DNA from: Mizuhopecten yessoensis
Taxonomy: Eukaryota
Length of the DNA stretch: 64,000 bases
Direction: 5' to 3'
Assembly: GCF_002113885.1 (NCBI RefSeq)
Contig: NW_018408912.1
Location: 1,151,228-1,215,227 of the forward strand
Shown in pieces: positions 24,932 to 39,688 of the stretch; position 1 is the stretch's first letter, and each line of letters starts with the position of its first letter. The position numbers and the translations under genes are program-made. Under the pieces are notes generated by a model. The model searched no databases, was not told the DNA's origin, and worked only from the letters and a program-made list of their open reading frames with translations.

Positions 24932-27582
24932 TTATGACTTCTGCTGCACAGCTCACAGATCCCAGTGAGCCCTGACGTACCATTATGACTTCTGCTGCAC
25001 AGCTCACAGATCCCAGTGAGCCCTGACGTACCATTATGACTTCTGCTGCACAGCTCACAGATCCCAGTGAGCCCTGACGTACCATTATGACTTCTGCTGC
25101 ACAGCTCACAGATCCCAGTGAGCCCTGACGTACCATTATGACTTCTGCTGCACAGCTCACAGATCCCAGTGAGCCCTGACGTACCATTATGACTTCTGCT
25201 GCACAGCTCACAGATCCCAGTGAGCCCTGACGTACCATTATGACTTCTGCTGCACAGCTCACAGATCCCAGTGAGCCCTGACGTACCATTATGACTTCTG
25301 CTGCACAGCTCACAGATCCCAGTGAGCCCTGACGTACCATTATGACTTCTGCTGCACAGCTCACAGATCCCAGTGAGCCCTGACGTACCATTATGACTTC
25401 TGCTGCACAGCTCACAGATCCCAGTGAGCCCTGACGTACCATTATGACTTCTGCTGCACAGCTCACAGATCCCAGTGAGCCCTGACGTACCATTATGACT
25501 TCTGCTGCACAGCTCACAGATCCCAGTGAGCCCTGACGTACCATTATGACTTCTGCTGCACAGCTCACAGATACCAGTGAGCCCTGACGTACCATTATGA
25601 CTTCTGCTGCACAGCTCACAGATACCAGTGAGCCCTGACGTACCATTATGACTTCTGCTGCACAGCTCACAGATACCAGTGAGCCCTGACGTACCATTAT
25701 GACTTCTGCTGCACAGCTCACAGATACCAGTGAGCCCTGACGTACCATTATGACTTCTGCTGCACAGCTCACAGATACCAGTGAGCCCTGACGTACCATT
25801 ATGACTTCTGCTGCACAGCTCACAGATACCAGTGAGCCCTGACGTACCATTATGACTTCTGCTGCACAGCTCACAGATACCAGTGAGCCCTGACGTACCA
25901 TTATGACTTCTGCTGCACAGCTCACAGATACCAGTGAGCCCTGACGTACCATTATGACTTCTGCTGCACAGCTCACAGATACCAGTGAGCCCTGACGTAC
26001 CATTATGACTTCTGCTGCACAGCTCACAGATACCAGTGAGCCCTGACGTACCATTATGACTTCTGCTGCACAGCTCACAGATACCAGTGAGCCCTGACGT
26101 ACCATTATGACTTCTGCTGCACAGCTCACAGATCCCAGTGAGCCCTGACGTACCATTATGACTTCTGCTGCACAGCTCACAGATACCAGTGAGCCCTGAC
26201 GTACCATTATGACTTCTGCTGCACAGCTCACAGATACCAGTGAGCCCTGACGTACCATTATGACTTCTGCTGCACAGCTCACAGATCCCAGTGAGCCCTG
26301 ACGTACCATTATGACTTCTGCTGCACAGCTCACAGATCCCAGTGAGCCCTGACGTACCATTATGACTTCTGCTGCACAGCTCACAGATCCCAGTGAGCCC
26401 TGACGTACCATTATGACTTCTGCTGCACAGCTCACAGATACCAGTGAGCCCTGACGTACCATTATGACTTCTGCTGCACAGCTCACAGATACCAGTGAGC
26501 CCTGACGTACCATTATGACTTCTGCTGCACAGCTCACAGATACCAGTGAGCCCTGACGTACCATTATGACTTCTGCTGCACAGCTCACAGATACCAGTGA
26601 GCCCTGACGTACCATTATGACTTCTGCTGCACAGCTCACAGATACCAGTGAGCCCTGACGTACCATTATGACTTCTGCTGCACAGCTCACAGATACCAGT
26701 GAGCCCTGACGTACCATTATGACTTCTGCTGCACAGCTCACAGATACCATTGAGCCCTGACGTACCAGTATGACTTCTGCTACACAGCTCACAGATACCA
26801 GTGAGCCCTGACATACCATTATGACTTCTGCTGCACAGCTCACAGATACCATTGAGCCCTGAGATACCATTATGACTTCTGCTACACACCTCACAGATAC
26901 CAGTGAGCCCTGACGTACCATTATGACTTCTGCTGCACAGCTCACAGATACCATTGAGCCCTGAGATACCATTATGGCTTCTGCTGCACAGCTCACAGAT
27001 ACCATTGAGCCCTGACGTACCATTATGACTGCTGCACAGCTCACAGATACCAATGAGCCCTGACATACCATTATGACTCCCCCTGCACAGCTCACAGATA
27101 CCAGTGAGTCCTGACGTACCATTATGACTTTTGCTACACAGCTCACAGATACCAGTGAGCCCTGACGTACCATTATGACTTCTGCTGCAAAGCTCACAGA
27201 TCCCAGTGAGCCCTGACATACCATTATGACTTCTGTTGCACAGCTCACAACTACCAGTGAGCCCTGACATACCATTATGACTTCTGCTGAACAGCTCACA
27301 GATACCAGTGAGTCCTGACGTACCATTATGACTTCTGCTGCACAGCTCAGAGATACCAGTGAGCCCTGACATACCATTATGACCTCTGCTGCACAGCTCA
27401 CAGATACCAGTGAGCCCTGACGTACCATTATGACTTCTGCTGCAAAGCTCACAGATCCCAGTGAGCCCTGACATACCATTATGACTTCTGCTGCACAGCT
27501 CACAACTACCAGTGAGCCCTGACATACCAATATGACTTCTGCTGCACAGCTCACAGATCCCAGTGAGCCCTGACATACCATT
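24932..27582. repeat. 54-bp minisatellite, about 49 copies
   Basis: Unit TATGACTTCTGCTGCACAGCTCACAGAT(C/A)CCAGTGAGCCCTGACGTACCAT; homogeneous on the left, diverged right of about 26750. Confidence 0.98.
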
Positions 27583-28229
27583 AGCATTGGCAATGAAATG
27601 CCAAAAGACATCCAAGTAAGACATGATAAAGTTGAAAGATGCATAAGTCCCAAATGATAGTCCAACTATTACAGCTTTAAGACCAAGTTTCAGCTGTACA
27701 TTCTAATGTGGCATGTCACCAAGCAGGCATAAAGAATATACAGCTTGTTCGTTATAGATGTCTTTAAAGTCTTCCTGCAACGCATCATCTGCTATAAGGA
27801 TCTTGGTAGAAAGACTGTCTGTCTGAGCCTGGTTATTAGCCCCTTACTCTTACTACTGGAGGTGACTACAGGCTGGCACTCCATCCATCAGTGCACCACA
27901 TTGTACCTGGGGCATTACTTATATACAGTCCCCTATTATTATCAAGTTTTATATGCAAGTACACATCAAAATAACAGAGTGTCAGGTTCTTAAATTTAGT
28001 CTTGTACTCCTTTATTTACGATGTTATGATCCTTTGTTCAATATGAATCTGTTCGTCCAGTGCATGTCTCATACTTGCTCACCTTCAAATGCCAAATTTT
28101 TGTATATGACTGTCTCTTGTGATGGAGTGATGCCTACTGACATTGGGTCTTTTATGTGACTATATTTTTGAGCACATGCTGAAAATGGATCAGCAATTAA
28201 AGAGACCCCGAATGACACCATCTAGTGGG

Positions 28230-28375
28230 TTTAAGACAACCTGGGACAGGACAGGAACAGCAGAGCTGGAGATGCTGCACCTCATATGGGGTGAGATATA
28301 ACACATAAGCCTCAACAGAAGTCTAAGTGAAGGGAGATTAGTGTGGCTGTATGTAGCACAGAAGGATGAAGTTGA
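28230..28375 (+). mobile_element. Degenerate RTE-clade LINE 3' fragment
   Basis: Translates KTTWDRTGTAELEMLHLIWGEI*, resembling the RTE ORF C-terminus (KTTWRRTV..EL...TWGE), with a stop and a frameshift. Confidence 0.45.
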
Positions 28376-31300
28376 TCAGTAATTTCCATCAAAATATATT
28401 TTGTTGATGTGATTGGAAAAGAGTTCCAGCTGATGTTAAGGTAAGCAAAAGGCAAGATGTTCATAATCTGAAACCTTGGGTGGCTTGATCATAAATAAAA
28501 CAAAAAACTTGAGTCATTTTACTTTTTTTAATTTTGAGTATTTGTTTGTATACATAGATGAACAGCAGTGCAAAACTAAGTATGGCTGCTCAAAGCAGCT
28601 GGAGGCAGACTCGCTTTGACATCCACCGAAGGGAGACCACTCCGTTGTTAAGATCACCTTGCCTTGCAAAGCAGACAAACCCAATATACAGCTGTAGTTA
28701 ATTAGTTTTTTACCAGCATGTAGTAGAAATTAACAATGAAAAGGGTTTTGTAGCGAAACAAAATATCAAAGTGAAAAAATATGCCAAAATTCTACTGTAT
28801 TGTTTCATATAAATATAAAAGAAACCAAAAGCTGACCTTTCTGCTAAATGATTTCTGATTTTTCCGCTATTTGTATTCATAAAATATCTACTATGAATGA
28901 CATTTTCTGTAATATGTACTTGCCTTAATAAATTTGACCTCAGCTATATTGTGAAATACACTGTAAACGTAAATTTATAAAGTACATTATGCTGAACAAG
29001 AATTGCACTGATAGTATCAGCCTCTCTTGATAATCTGCTGAAGCACAGGAGCAAGATACATTTCTTGGTTGTAGGAATACAGTACATTCCACCTAATATC
29101 ACGTCTGTTAATGTCAATTTTCGGTTATTATCATGTTTTTTTGATGCACCGTTTTTCCTGCTATATAATCTATGCAATTCAATTCTTTTATTATCACCTG
29201 ATTGTATGTTGATTTCTCTTAATATCACTTTATTTTGGCCACCGTCACAAAAAAAATACTGGTAAATGGTGGTAATGATTCATGATAAATGCCCTGGGGA
29301 CCTTCTTTCACACCCTGGATGCATTATGTAAACAATGCCTCGGCCTAACAGGGTATTTTTTACACCTGGCTGACTGTTAAACAATAGGTTACACCTGGCT
29401 GACTGTTAAACAATAGGTTGACTTACATACTTGTTAACATGATATTCACCTGTGGTTGGGGGAGCTAGGACAGTCTAACATCTGTAAACTTTTCTAATGC
29501 CAAGTGTGATGTATTCTTTCAACTAATTATAACATGTGTACTATCTTCGATTACACACTTGCAGCAAATATCTAAGGAAATTAACCTATAAAAAGATGTT
29601 ACTAGCGAAAGAACAGTATATATATCAAGATATAGGTAAATATTTACCAAGTCTCATGTTTACAATTGAATTTGATGCAGAATACCAGCCAAACACTTGT
29701 ATGCCTACATCACTACTGCAGTAAACAATCATAATTACAATCGTACTGATCGTCATTTTGCTACTAACTATATGAAATGTAACTGCATACTGAAATGAAA
29801 TACAAATAATATATTTATTTCTATACTTATTTACTTATATCTATATTTCAACTAGGGTAAAGAACAAGGTTAGTTACAAAATATCAATCTTCTTCGTAGA
29901 GCCACATCACTTAGGCATTTGACTAAGTTCACTTCCGGTTTTGAGGACTGAAAAACATCAGAAAATAAGTATTCTGTTTATGTCATGTTTCTGTTAATAT
30001 CATGTTTTTCTCTGACAAATGGGAAGTGATATTAAGAGAAATCTACTGTAGTACATATAGTGTACTATAATATAATTGCACTGATGTAAGTTTGTTTGCA
30101 GTGGAGAGCTTTCACAATATAGTACTATTGGAAAGTTTGAAGTAAAGTATTGTACTATGAAAGTAAAGGAAAAAATGATTATTTTGAAGAAAAAAAAGAA
30201 AAACAGTTTACAAAATGGTATTTGATTCTTGATTTTTGACCAGCTTGAGCGACATAGATACAATACACTGTGTCACCAGTTATCAACTCCGTATTAAGGT
30301 TCAACCACCAAAACACAATTCTACTCACCACACCTTTATAGGTACAGAACAATAGCACAAACATTACACCTGTCTCTATCAAACATATTTTATGTCAGAC
30401 TCAAAATATTTTTAGCGTTATCCTACTCTTTGTTCATTTATAGTTTCAGAAAATATATACTTCTTGTTGTAAATATCTTAAGATACTTTTTGCAACTTTG
30501 AACAGGTAAATATTAGCATGGATTCCTCGGTCAATGCTCCTTCATTGTGCCAGTTTGGTAAAGAACTAAATAAGGCAATCCATATACGGATGTCACAGGG
30601 TTAAATAATTTTCGTTTCGATAATTATGCGGAAAATTATTGGTTCTAGTAGAAAATGCAGTATAAATTCTGTACAATTGTATATCCGATATAATAGTTTT
30701 ATACATTAATTTTCAATAGAAAAAAATAACAAAAAGGCATACATAATACATTGCAACTTTCAAACAAACACATTTAAACTCTGAATGGAACAACAGAACA
30801 GTAATTTCTGGATGGCATATGATGATGTGGTTTTCAATGTACAAAAACATGAGAACTTTTTATGAGCAATATACATTATATTATTAACCTTACTGGAATG
30901 TATATATCATGATAAATGTATTAAAATCAACAGTAACTATATATAGTATATTATTTAAAAGGAAAAAAAATATCAACAAATATACATATGGTAACATACA
31001 AATAGTCACAACTTCACATTTTACATTCAATTCAAATACTTCTACACTTCATGGTAAATATCACTTAAAGATACTGTAACTATGAACAGAAAATAAGCAA
31101 ATATCATATTGATGTAATAAACTATTCAAAAATATTTAAACATGATAGAATTTCATTCATATTATGACACATCTATATTTGTACTCTTTCACTACTCAGC
31201 TGCTAGACAATCATTTTGTAGTGACAGAGACATCGGAAAACAACTAAGATGTAGTTTATATATTTACCAAACTGAAATATATCCATTAGTTAATGAAAGA

Positions 31301-34034
31301 GAGACAGAATCATGTGAAATCAAACTATCTGCACAATACTTACTTGAGACCATAAGGAAGAAAAAGAAACAAACTTTATTGCATAGATACCACCATTTCA
31401 TTTAATATATTTTTATTAGGTGAAAAAGATAACATGTACATATGACATCATTTATCACAGAGCATACTTCAAAGCTATTATTTAGGGTTCCCAAATAAAA
31501 AGGGTCCCACTTCAAGTAGATTTTCATTAACATTTATGGGCACAGCTCTTCTAACACGGAGCTAAAAGTTTCGTAAATATGGATTGCACTAAACATGGAG
31601 CTAACATAATTTGTGTGGATTTCCCTGTACAGTAAGTTATCATGATCAGTAATGCTAAAATTACTGTTCACAGAGCTAGCATAGCTGGGCAATGTTCAGT
31701 AAGGAAAACAGTTTGCAAAGTTTGCAATATTCAAACTGCAGGTATCAAATTAGTACTATGTAAAGCTTTGGTTTCGTTAAATTATGGTATACTCTGCCTA
31801 AACTGGACTCTGTCCAATTCAATGTTTTGTCTAAACTCACCAAAGGATTTGGTTTTGACAGTGACAATATATAAAAATTTGACTATCTACACTTTGGAAC
31901 ATGGCAACCTGGCCAAAATATGTGATCACAAGGATGTCCGGTTTGGACTGAACTATTTTACAATTTACAGTTATGAATACTTTTCTATAATACATAATGT
32001 ACTAGTACTGAAAACATCATTTGTACAAGTGTACGTTTAATCATGCAGGTTTATCCAACAGACTCATTATGAAGTTGAAAATGTTTTCCTAAATATCGAA
32101 AATTTCAACCATGGGAAGTAACTCTATGCAACTTATATTGTACAAGTTATGATAATTTTATTTCCTCTCTAATAGATCAGTCCAATTAATTCCACCAATG
32201 GCGGTCACTCAATATTGATAAGATGTCCACTCTCCCACCATAAATCTGAGCCTTCCAGGTCCTTCACACACTGACACACCTAGTGCTTAATTACCCTGTG
32301 TGAATAAACCATCAGTATCCACTTTCAAAGTAAAATTGGCCAAACCATTATATTGTAATAACAGCCACAGTCTTAAGGGACATGCTCCCCTTTTCTATAC
32401 AATGTTGTCCCATTAATCCAGCAGCCCTCTCATCCAGCACCATTTGCTGGGAACACATTTGGTTCAACTGTATACTTTATTATTTTTCCAATGGAAATTC
32501 AAGTAATTGTATCACTGTTGTTCAAATCCAGGTGAGAAAATTCCTGTCTCAACATTTTCTTTCACTTGAACCACGTAATTATATTAGATCTAAGTCCGTG
32601 ACTTGAACAATTATTTACCAAAGTGCTTACATTTAAATTACCCTCAGTACTGTTGTAAAGTTTAGCTAACTGACGTTGAAGATAGAGTTCGAATAATAAA
32701 TGTAGAAATACTCCAAATTCTCTCATATTACACTGCCTCCTCATTATGCAGATTGTAAAGAAATGTGATCATACATTTAAATTGAGATTCAACATCAACA
32801 ATTAAAATTGTTTAGCCAAGGAGAAAAACAGCACCATAATACATGGAATACAGCATAGAGGAAGCTACACATTCTGTTTACATCTGATTAATAAATAGAA
32901 TACAGGTCATTCAACTTTTATGAGAGAAACAACCATTGTCAGTAACCACTACTAATATCATGTTACATTAAGTCAACTACTGCATATAAAATCAGAGTCA
33001 AACTTTTTTATACTGATCAACTCCATCAGCATAACTTTTAATGTTATTACTAATGCTTGTTATTCCAGAGAATGTCATTTTTTTACATTATTTTCCTTAC
33101 ATTGTTGTGAAATATCTAACACAACTTACCCGCCCACCCTGCCAGGGTAAAAGTAATTGTTTCAATTTTTACTACAAAACTCCCACACATATTTATGAAG
33201 AACATAAACAATATCTAGTTATTTATTACACTGCTTTGGTATACTTTGATTATTCACCATCAATTGTACAGGAATGCAACTATTAATGGATACAAAAATA
33301 AATATTTCAGTATTAATAAATTAATGTAGGGGAGACAACCCATTCTTCCTACACTACTACTGTCATGTTTTTTGAGTTACCCCTTTCACCAAGCATATTG
33401 TCCTCCTCATTTACAAAGCATCATGATGGATCATAACAGGATGTTTTTCCTCCCAATTGCATCTTCTTGCAAACTTGTAATTTATTCAGAAGAGGAGTGT
33501 TAAATTCCAAAACAAAACTTTTTCATGTGGAAACTTGCACAATAAAGTGCCACTTACATGGACAAATCAGTGCCATTATGAGGCAAAAGCATGATAATTT
33601 GCCAACAAAGATGGCTAATTGGGAAACCAGATTGGAGACAACAACATTGATGATGTATAGTCAAATGAATTCAAAATATATCTGAAAAAAATCCAACATA
33701 ATCCAGTTCCAAGATCAAAGGATATCATGTTAGCTGCTGTGTGTTCTACTAGGGTTTTACAGTTGTCATCCAATTATCTATAACCTATTGTACTTTATCC
33801 AGCAATCACATAGATGAATTCAGTTGATGACCAAACTGAAAAAAACTAAAATGGATACACGTCTTTAACAAATCCTAACACAGATTAATCTGGGCTCGTT
33901 TTTTTCCTGTATCATGTGTTATATACTTTGATTCAGCATACATGTCAATGCCCTGTGATAACGAGTGATTTAAATATGATGAAACCACATTGTTAAATTA
34001 GATTCCACTGTTTGATTGCAGGTGTCAGAGCAAT

Positions 34035-36885
34035 CAGCTCAACCTTTGTCCCGAAAAACTACAGAACTTTCAGCTAAACCTTTGTCCCAGAGAACTACAG
34101 AACTCTAGCTAAACGTTTGTCCAAGAGAACTACAGAACTTTCAGCTAAACCTTTGTCCCAGAGAACTACGAAACTTTCAGGTAAACCTTTGTCCCAGAGA
34201 ACTACAGAATTTTCAGCTAAACGTTTGTCCCAGAGAACTACAGAACTCTAGCTAAACGTTTGTCCCAGAGAACTACAGAACTCTAGCTCAACCTTTGTCC
34301 CGAAAAACTACAGAACTTTCAGCTAAACCTTTGTCCCAGAGAACTACAGAATTTTCAGCTAAACCTTTGTCCCAGAGAACTACGAAACTTTCAGGTAAAC
34401 CTTTGTCCCAGAGAACTACAGAATTTTCAGCTAACCCTTTGTCCCAGAGAACTACAGAACTCTAGCTAAACGTTTGTCCAAGAGAACTACAGAACTTTCA
34501 GCTAAACCTTTGTCCCAGAGAACTACGGAACTTTCAGGTAAACCTTTGTCCCAGAGAACTACAGAATTTTCAGCTAAACCTTTGTCCCAGAGAACTACAG
34601 AACTTTCAGCTAAACCTTTGTCCCAGAGAAATACAGAACTTTCAGCTAAACCTTTGTCCCAGAGAACTACAGAACTCTAGCTAAACTTTTGTCCCGAATA
34701 ACAAAGGAACTTTCAGCTAAACCTTTGTCCCAGGGAACTACAGAACTTTCAGCTAAACCTTTGTCCCAGAGAACTACAGAACTTTCAGCTAAACGTTTGT
34801 CCCAGAGAACTACAGAACCCTAGCTAAACGTTTGTCCCAGAGAACTACAGAACTCTAGCTAAATGTTTGTCCCAAAGAAATACAGAAATCTAGCTAAATG
34901 TTTGTCCCGAATAACAAAGGAACTTTCAGCTAAACCTTTGTCCCAGAGAACTACAGAACATTCAGCTAAACCTTTGTCCCAGAGAACTACAGAACTTTCA
35001 GCTAAACGTTTGTCCCAGAGAACTACAGAACTGTCAGCTAAACCTTTGTCCCAGAGAACTACAGAACTCTAGCTAAACCTTTGTCCCAGAGAACTACAGA
35101 ACTTTCAGCTAAACGTTTGTCCCAGAGAACTACAGAACTGTCAGCTAAACCTTTGTCCCAGAGAACTACAGAATTTTCAGCTAAACCTTTGTCCCAGAGA
35201 ACTACAGAATTCTAGCTAAACGTTTGTCCCAAATAACAAAGGAACTTTCAGCTAAACGTTTGTCCCAGAGAACTACAGAATTTTTAGCTAAACCTTTGTC
35301 CCAGGGAACTACAGAACTTTCAGCTAAACCTTTGTCCCAGAGAACTACAGAACCCTAGCTAAACGTTTGTCCCAGAGAACTACAGAACTCAAGCTAAACG
35401 TTTGTCCAAGAGAAATACAGAAATCTAGCTAAATGTTTGTCCCGAATAACAAAGGAATTGTCAGCTAAACCTTTGTCCCGGAGAACTACAGAACTTTCGG
35501 CTAAACCTTTGTCCCAGAGAACTACAGAACCCTAACTAAACGTTTGTCCCAGAGAACTACAGAACCCTAACTAAACGTTTGTCCCAGAGAACTACAGAAC
35601 TTTGAGCTAAACGTTTGTCCCTTCAGCTAAACCTTTGTCCCAGGGAACTACAGAACTTTCAGCTAATCCTTTGTCCCAGAGAACTACAGAACCCTAGCTA
35701 AACTTTTGTCCCAGAGAACTACAGAACTCTAGCTAAACCTTAGTCCCAGAGAACTACAGAACTCTAGCTAAACCTTTGTCCCAAAGCACTACAGAACTCT
35801 AGCTAAATGTTTTTCCCGAATAGCAAAGGAACTTTCAGCTGAACCTTTGTCCCAGAGAACTACAGAATTTTCAGCTAAACGTTGGTCCCAAAGAACTACA
35901 GAATTCTAGCTAAACGTTTGTCCCAAATAACAAAGGAACTTTCAGCTAAACCTTTGTCCCGAATAACATTTAGCTAAACGTTTGTCCCAGAGAACTACAG
36001 AACCCTAACTAAACATTTGTCCCAGAGAACTACAGAACCCTAGCTAAACATTTGTCCCAGAGAACTACAGAACCCTAACTAAACATTTGTCCCAGAGAAC
36101 TACAGAACCCTAGCTAAACATTTGTCCCAGAGAACTACAGAACTCTAGCTAAATGTTTTTCCCGAATAGCAAAGGAACTTTCAGCTGAACCTTTGTCCCA
36201 GAGAACTACAGAACTTTGAGCTAAACGTTTGTCCCTTCAGCTAAACCTTTGTCCCAGGGAACTACAGAACTTTCAGCTAATCCTTTGTCCCAGAGAACTA
36301 CAGAACCCTAACTAAACGTTTGTCCCAGAGAACTACAGAACTTTGAGCTAAACGTTTGTCCCTTCAGCTAAACCTTTGTCCCAGGGAACTACAGAACTTT
36401 CAGCTAATCCTTTGTCCCAGAGAACTACAGAACCCTAACTAAACATTTGTCCCAGAGAACTACAGAACCCTAACTAAACGTTTGTCCCAGAGAACTACAG
36501 AACCCTAACTAAACGTTTGTCCCAGAGAACTACAGAACCCTAGCTAAACATTTGTCCCAGAGAACTACAGAACTCTAGCTAAATGTTTGTCCCGAATAGC
36601 AAAGGAACTTTCAGCTGAACCTTTGTCCCAGAGAACTACAGAACCCTAGCTAAACATTTGTCCCAGAGAACTACAGAACCCTAACTAAACGTTTGTCCCA
36701 GAGAACTACAGAACCCTAGCTAATTAGATTCCACTGTTTGATTGCAGGTGTCAGAGCAATCAGCTCAACCTTTGTCCCGAAAAACTACAGAACTTTCAGC
36801 TAAACCTTTGTCCCGAATAACATTTAGCTAAACGTTTGTCCCAGAGAACTACAGAACTCAAGCTAAATGTGTATCCCAAAGAACT
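34035..36885. repeat. 35-36 bp minisatellite, about 75-80 copies, with higher-order variants
   Basis: Unit AACTTTCAGCTAAACCTTTGTCCCAGAGAACTACAG; the left flank is re-copied at 36722. Confidence 0.97.
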
Positions 36886-37282
36886 AATGAGCATTAATGG
36901 CTTGCTAAACTTGTATAGAAAAAACACAGAGCTGAACCTTCATAATCCACTTATAGTTAATGTAACACACAACTTCACACACATAACTGAGAGTTCTACA
37001 GAGATTTCATAAACAAAAGACAAGAATTAATATTGTGCTATTGACATTTTGAGATCAGTTGTTGTACCATGATGATGATCTTCACATATTTGCATGAGGT
37101 TCAGTTTTTTAAACATGTATGAGGTCAAATTTACCATACATGTATGATGTGCAATTGCAGTACATGTTTGAAGATGAAGTTTATTTGTACATGTATGAAG
37201 ATGAGGCACCTATAGTTGAGTGTCGTAAATAGATTGTTTTTCAGGCACTGTAGAAAATGTCTTAAAGCTACAAATATTTGTT

Positions 37283-38025
37283 TACTTACCACTAATGTGA
37301 GTACGCTAACAACGAGTGTAAGTATGCTTACCATTTATGTGAACATGCTCACCACGAGTGTAAGTATGCTTACCATTTATGTGAACATGCTCACCACAAG
37401 TGTAAGTATGCTTACCACTAATGTGAACATGCTTACCACAAGTGTAAATATGCTTACCACTAATGTGAACATGCTTACCACAAAAGGTAAGTAGGCTTAC
37501 TACAAGTGTAAGTAGGCTTACCACTAATGTGAACATGCTTACCACAAAAGGTAAGTAGGCTTACTACAAGTGTAAGTAGGCTTACCACTAATGTGAACAT
37601 GCTTACCACAAGTGTGAGTAGGCTTACCACTAATGTGAACATGCTTACCACAAGTGAAAGTAGGCTTACCACTAATGTGAACATGCTTACCACAAGTGTA
37701 AGTATGCTTACAACTTATGTGAACATGCTTACCACAAGTGTAAGTAGGCTTACCACAAGTGTAAGTATGCTTACAACTTATGTGAAAATGCTTACCACGA
37801 GGGTAAGTAGGCTTACCACTAATGTGAACATGCTTACCACAAGTGAAAGTATGCTTACAATTTATGTGAACATGCTTACCACAAGTGTAAGTAGGCTTAC
37901 CACAAGTGTAAGTAGGCTTATCACTAATGTGAACATGCTTACCACAAGTGTAAGTATGCTTACCACTGTGAACATGCTTACCAAGTGTAAGTATGCTTAC
38001 CACTAATGTGAACATGCTTACCACA
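37283..38025. repeat. 21-bp minisatellite with 42-bp dimer structure, downstream of the SYTL stop
   Basis: Alternating GCTTACCACAAGTGTAAGTA(T/G) and GCTTACCACTAATGTGAACAT; orphan monomer at about 38241-38260. Confidence 0.95.
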
Positions 38026-38451
38026 CCTACATCATTTTTTAAATGAAATTATGCGATCACTGCCTGTTTCTAATTTTTTACGATTTGTCCATGTTTGGTC
38101 AGAACAATATGCTATACATTTGATCGCTTTAAGAATAATATTTTTATGCCCATATTTGGTGAAACATGTAAATGCATAAAATTTATCACTGTCTGCTCCA
38201 ACTGAGATTCCATATTTGGTTAATTGCCATTCTACTGACAGGTAAGTATGCTTACCACATGTATCCCTACCATTTAACTGTCAGTCTATTTGATATCTTG
38301 TATTGTTTTCACTCTATGTATGATCCCAAATTGGTCCATTCTTCATATATCAACAGTGTCACTAACCAATACTAGTAATCACATTCTCAAGGCAAGGCAA
38401 GTCCTTTCCATATCGACTGATCTTAATGCAACAAATCTGTACTTGGGTGAT

Positions 38452-38594
38452 CTAATATCGTCTTTTGTCCATATTTGGTCGCAGGATCAAGGTACCATCA
38501 ATCCAAGAATCGGGTCGATCTAACATTGCTTGCCATATTGAAATTTCTTCACCTTTAGCATCATTCCAGTCAACAATTTTACCGTAACATCGTC
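38452..38594 (-). CDS. SYTL4/5: Synaptotagmin-like protein 4/5 homologue, terminal coding exon
   Basis: GRCYGKIVDWNDAKGEEISIWQAMLDRPDSWIDGTLILRPNMDKRRY* matches the Slp4/5 C2B tail (VDWMDS.GEE..LWQ.M). Confidence 0.93.
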
Positions 38595-39027
38595 CTGGAA
38601 ATAAAGCAAATAAATTTGGTTCGATTAAAGGTTCTTTCAAAATAGCCAAAAAAATCGAAATTTCAAAAGACTACAAAAATTGCAAGAAAATTTCCAGTTT
38701 ACAGCTTTTAGTGATGAATTTTTTAAAATCTTCCTGTCTGGTTAGCTGTATAAATCCTAACATTGTATGATCCCAGAAGCCTGTGTAAACCAGACATTAA
38801 GTAAGGACCCTTTGTATATATTTATTTATAAAATGAACCGATGTATTCTGAAAAACCTGCTTAATTTGACCAATAAATTTATCCCTATTGTGTTTATATC
38901 AAGGTATATCTGTAAATTTGTAACAAAGTTTATCAATACCTGGTGGAGTCAGTTTATCTAAAATAGAAAAACAAACACCAATATTTGTGTACCATACTTG
39001 CCAACTCTTAATGAAACAATAACATAC

Positions 39028-39236
39028 CCAGCCCAAGGTTGAGTCTGACTCCCCCCAAGAAGTCGTTGCTGGAGATTTTGTCATGGTCCCAGATAGTTAG
39101 TTCCAAAGCACGCTCCTTCAGCTCCTCGGGGCTAACGTCATCAAATATAAATGTGTAGTTCCACTGAGGGTTGCAGTCTCGCTTTATCACAGGCGTTTTC
39201 TGCTTCAACCCCTTGTTCTTGTCTGGTAACAGGTAC
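39028..39236 (-). CDS. SYTL4/5: SYTL4/5 exon, C2B domain
   Basis: YLLPDKNKGLKQKTPVIKRDCNPQWNYTF...LELTIWDHDKISSNDFLGGVRL. Confidence 0.95.
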
Positions 39237-39688
39237 CTGTAAGGAGATAACCAACAAGGCTTGCTACAGAGTATTTCAAATAACCTAGTAACAGAACACA
39301 CAATTATATTTTCAGTGTAAACAAGGAAATACTATTTGATGTTTTGAGTCAGACAGAATGAAAAGCAAGCCTTTTATGCAGTTTGAATTAATATGGTTCC
39401 GATTTACTGTGATCCCAATCCCAAATTTTCCAGACTAAGAAGGTTCCACTGTACACAGAACAAATATTTCCCTGACTTTAAAAAAGGTTCTATAGTACAC
39501 AGTAACCAAACTGTTCAGAAGAGCAAGATTCAAATAAGACACACTAACTAAAATGTCCAGAATAGCAAAGTTTTACAGAATACGCAAACCAAATTGTCCA
39601 GATTATTAAGGTTCCACTATTCAATGTACATAATGTGTATGTTAAAACAAGATGATTTAAGCTTGATATATATATATGGAAGACTCAC

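Noticed and set aside
24894-27665. 923 and 901 aa ORFs as annotated genes
   Set aside because: Entirely 54-bp satellite; kept only as a low-interest proto-gene idea.
27745-33700. Numerous short ORFs between PRMT3 and SYTL
   Set aside because: AT-rich composition, no recognisable domains or consistent splice chain; likely intergenic or 3' UTR.
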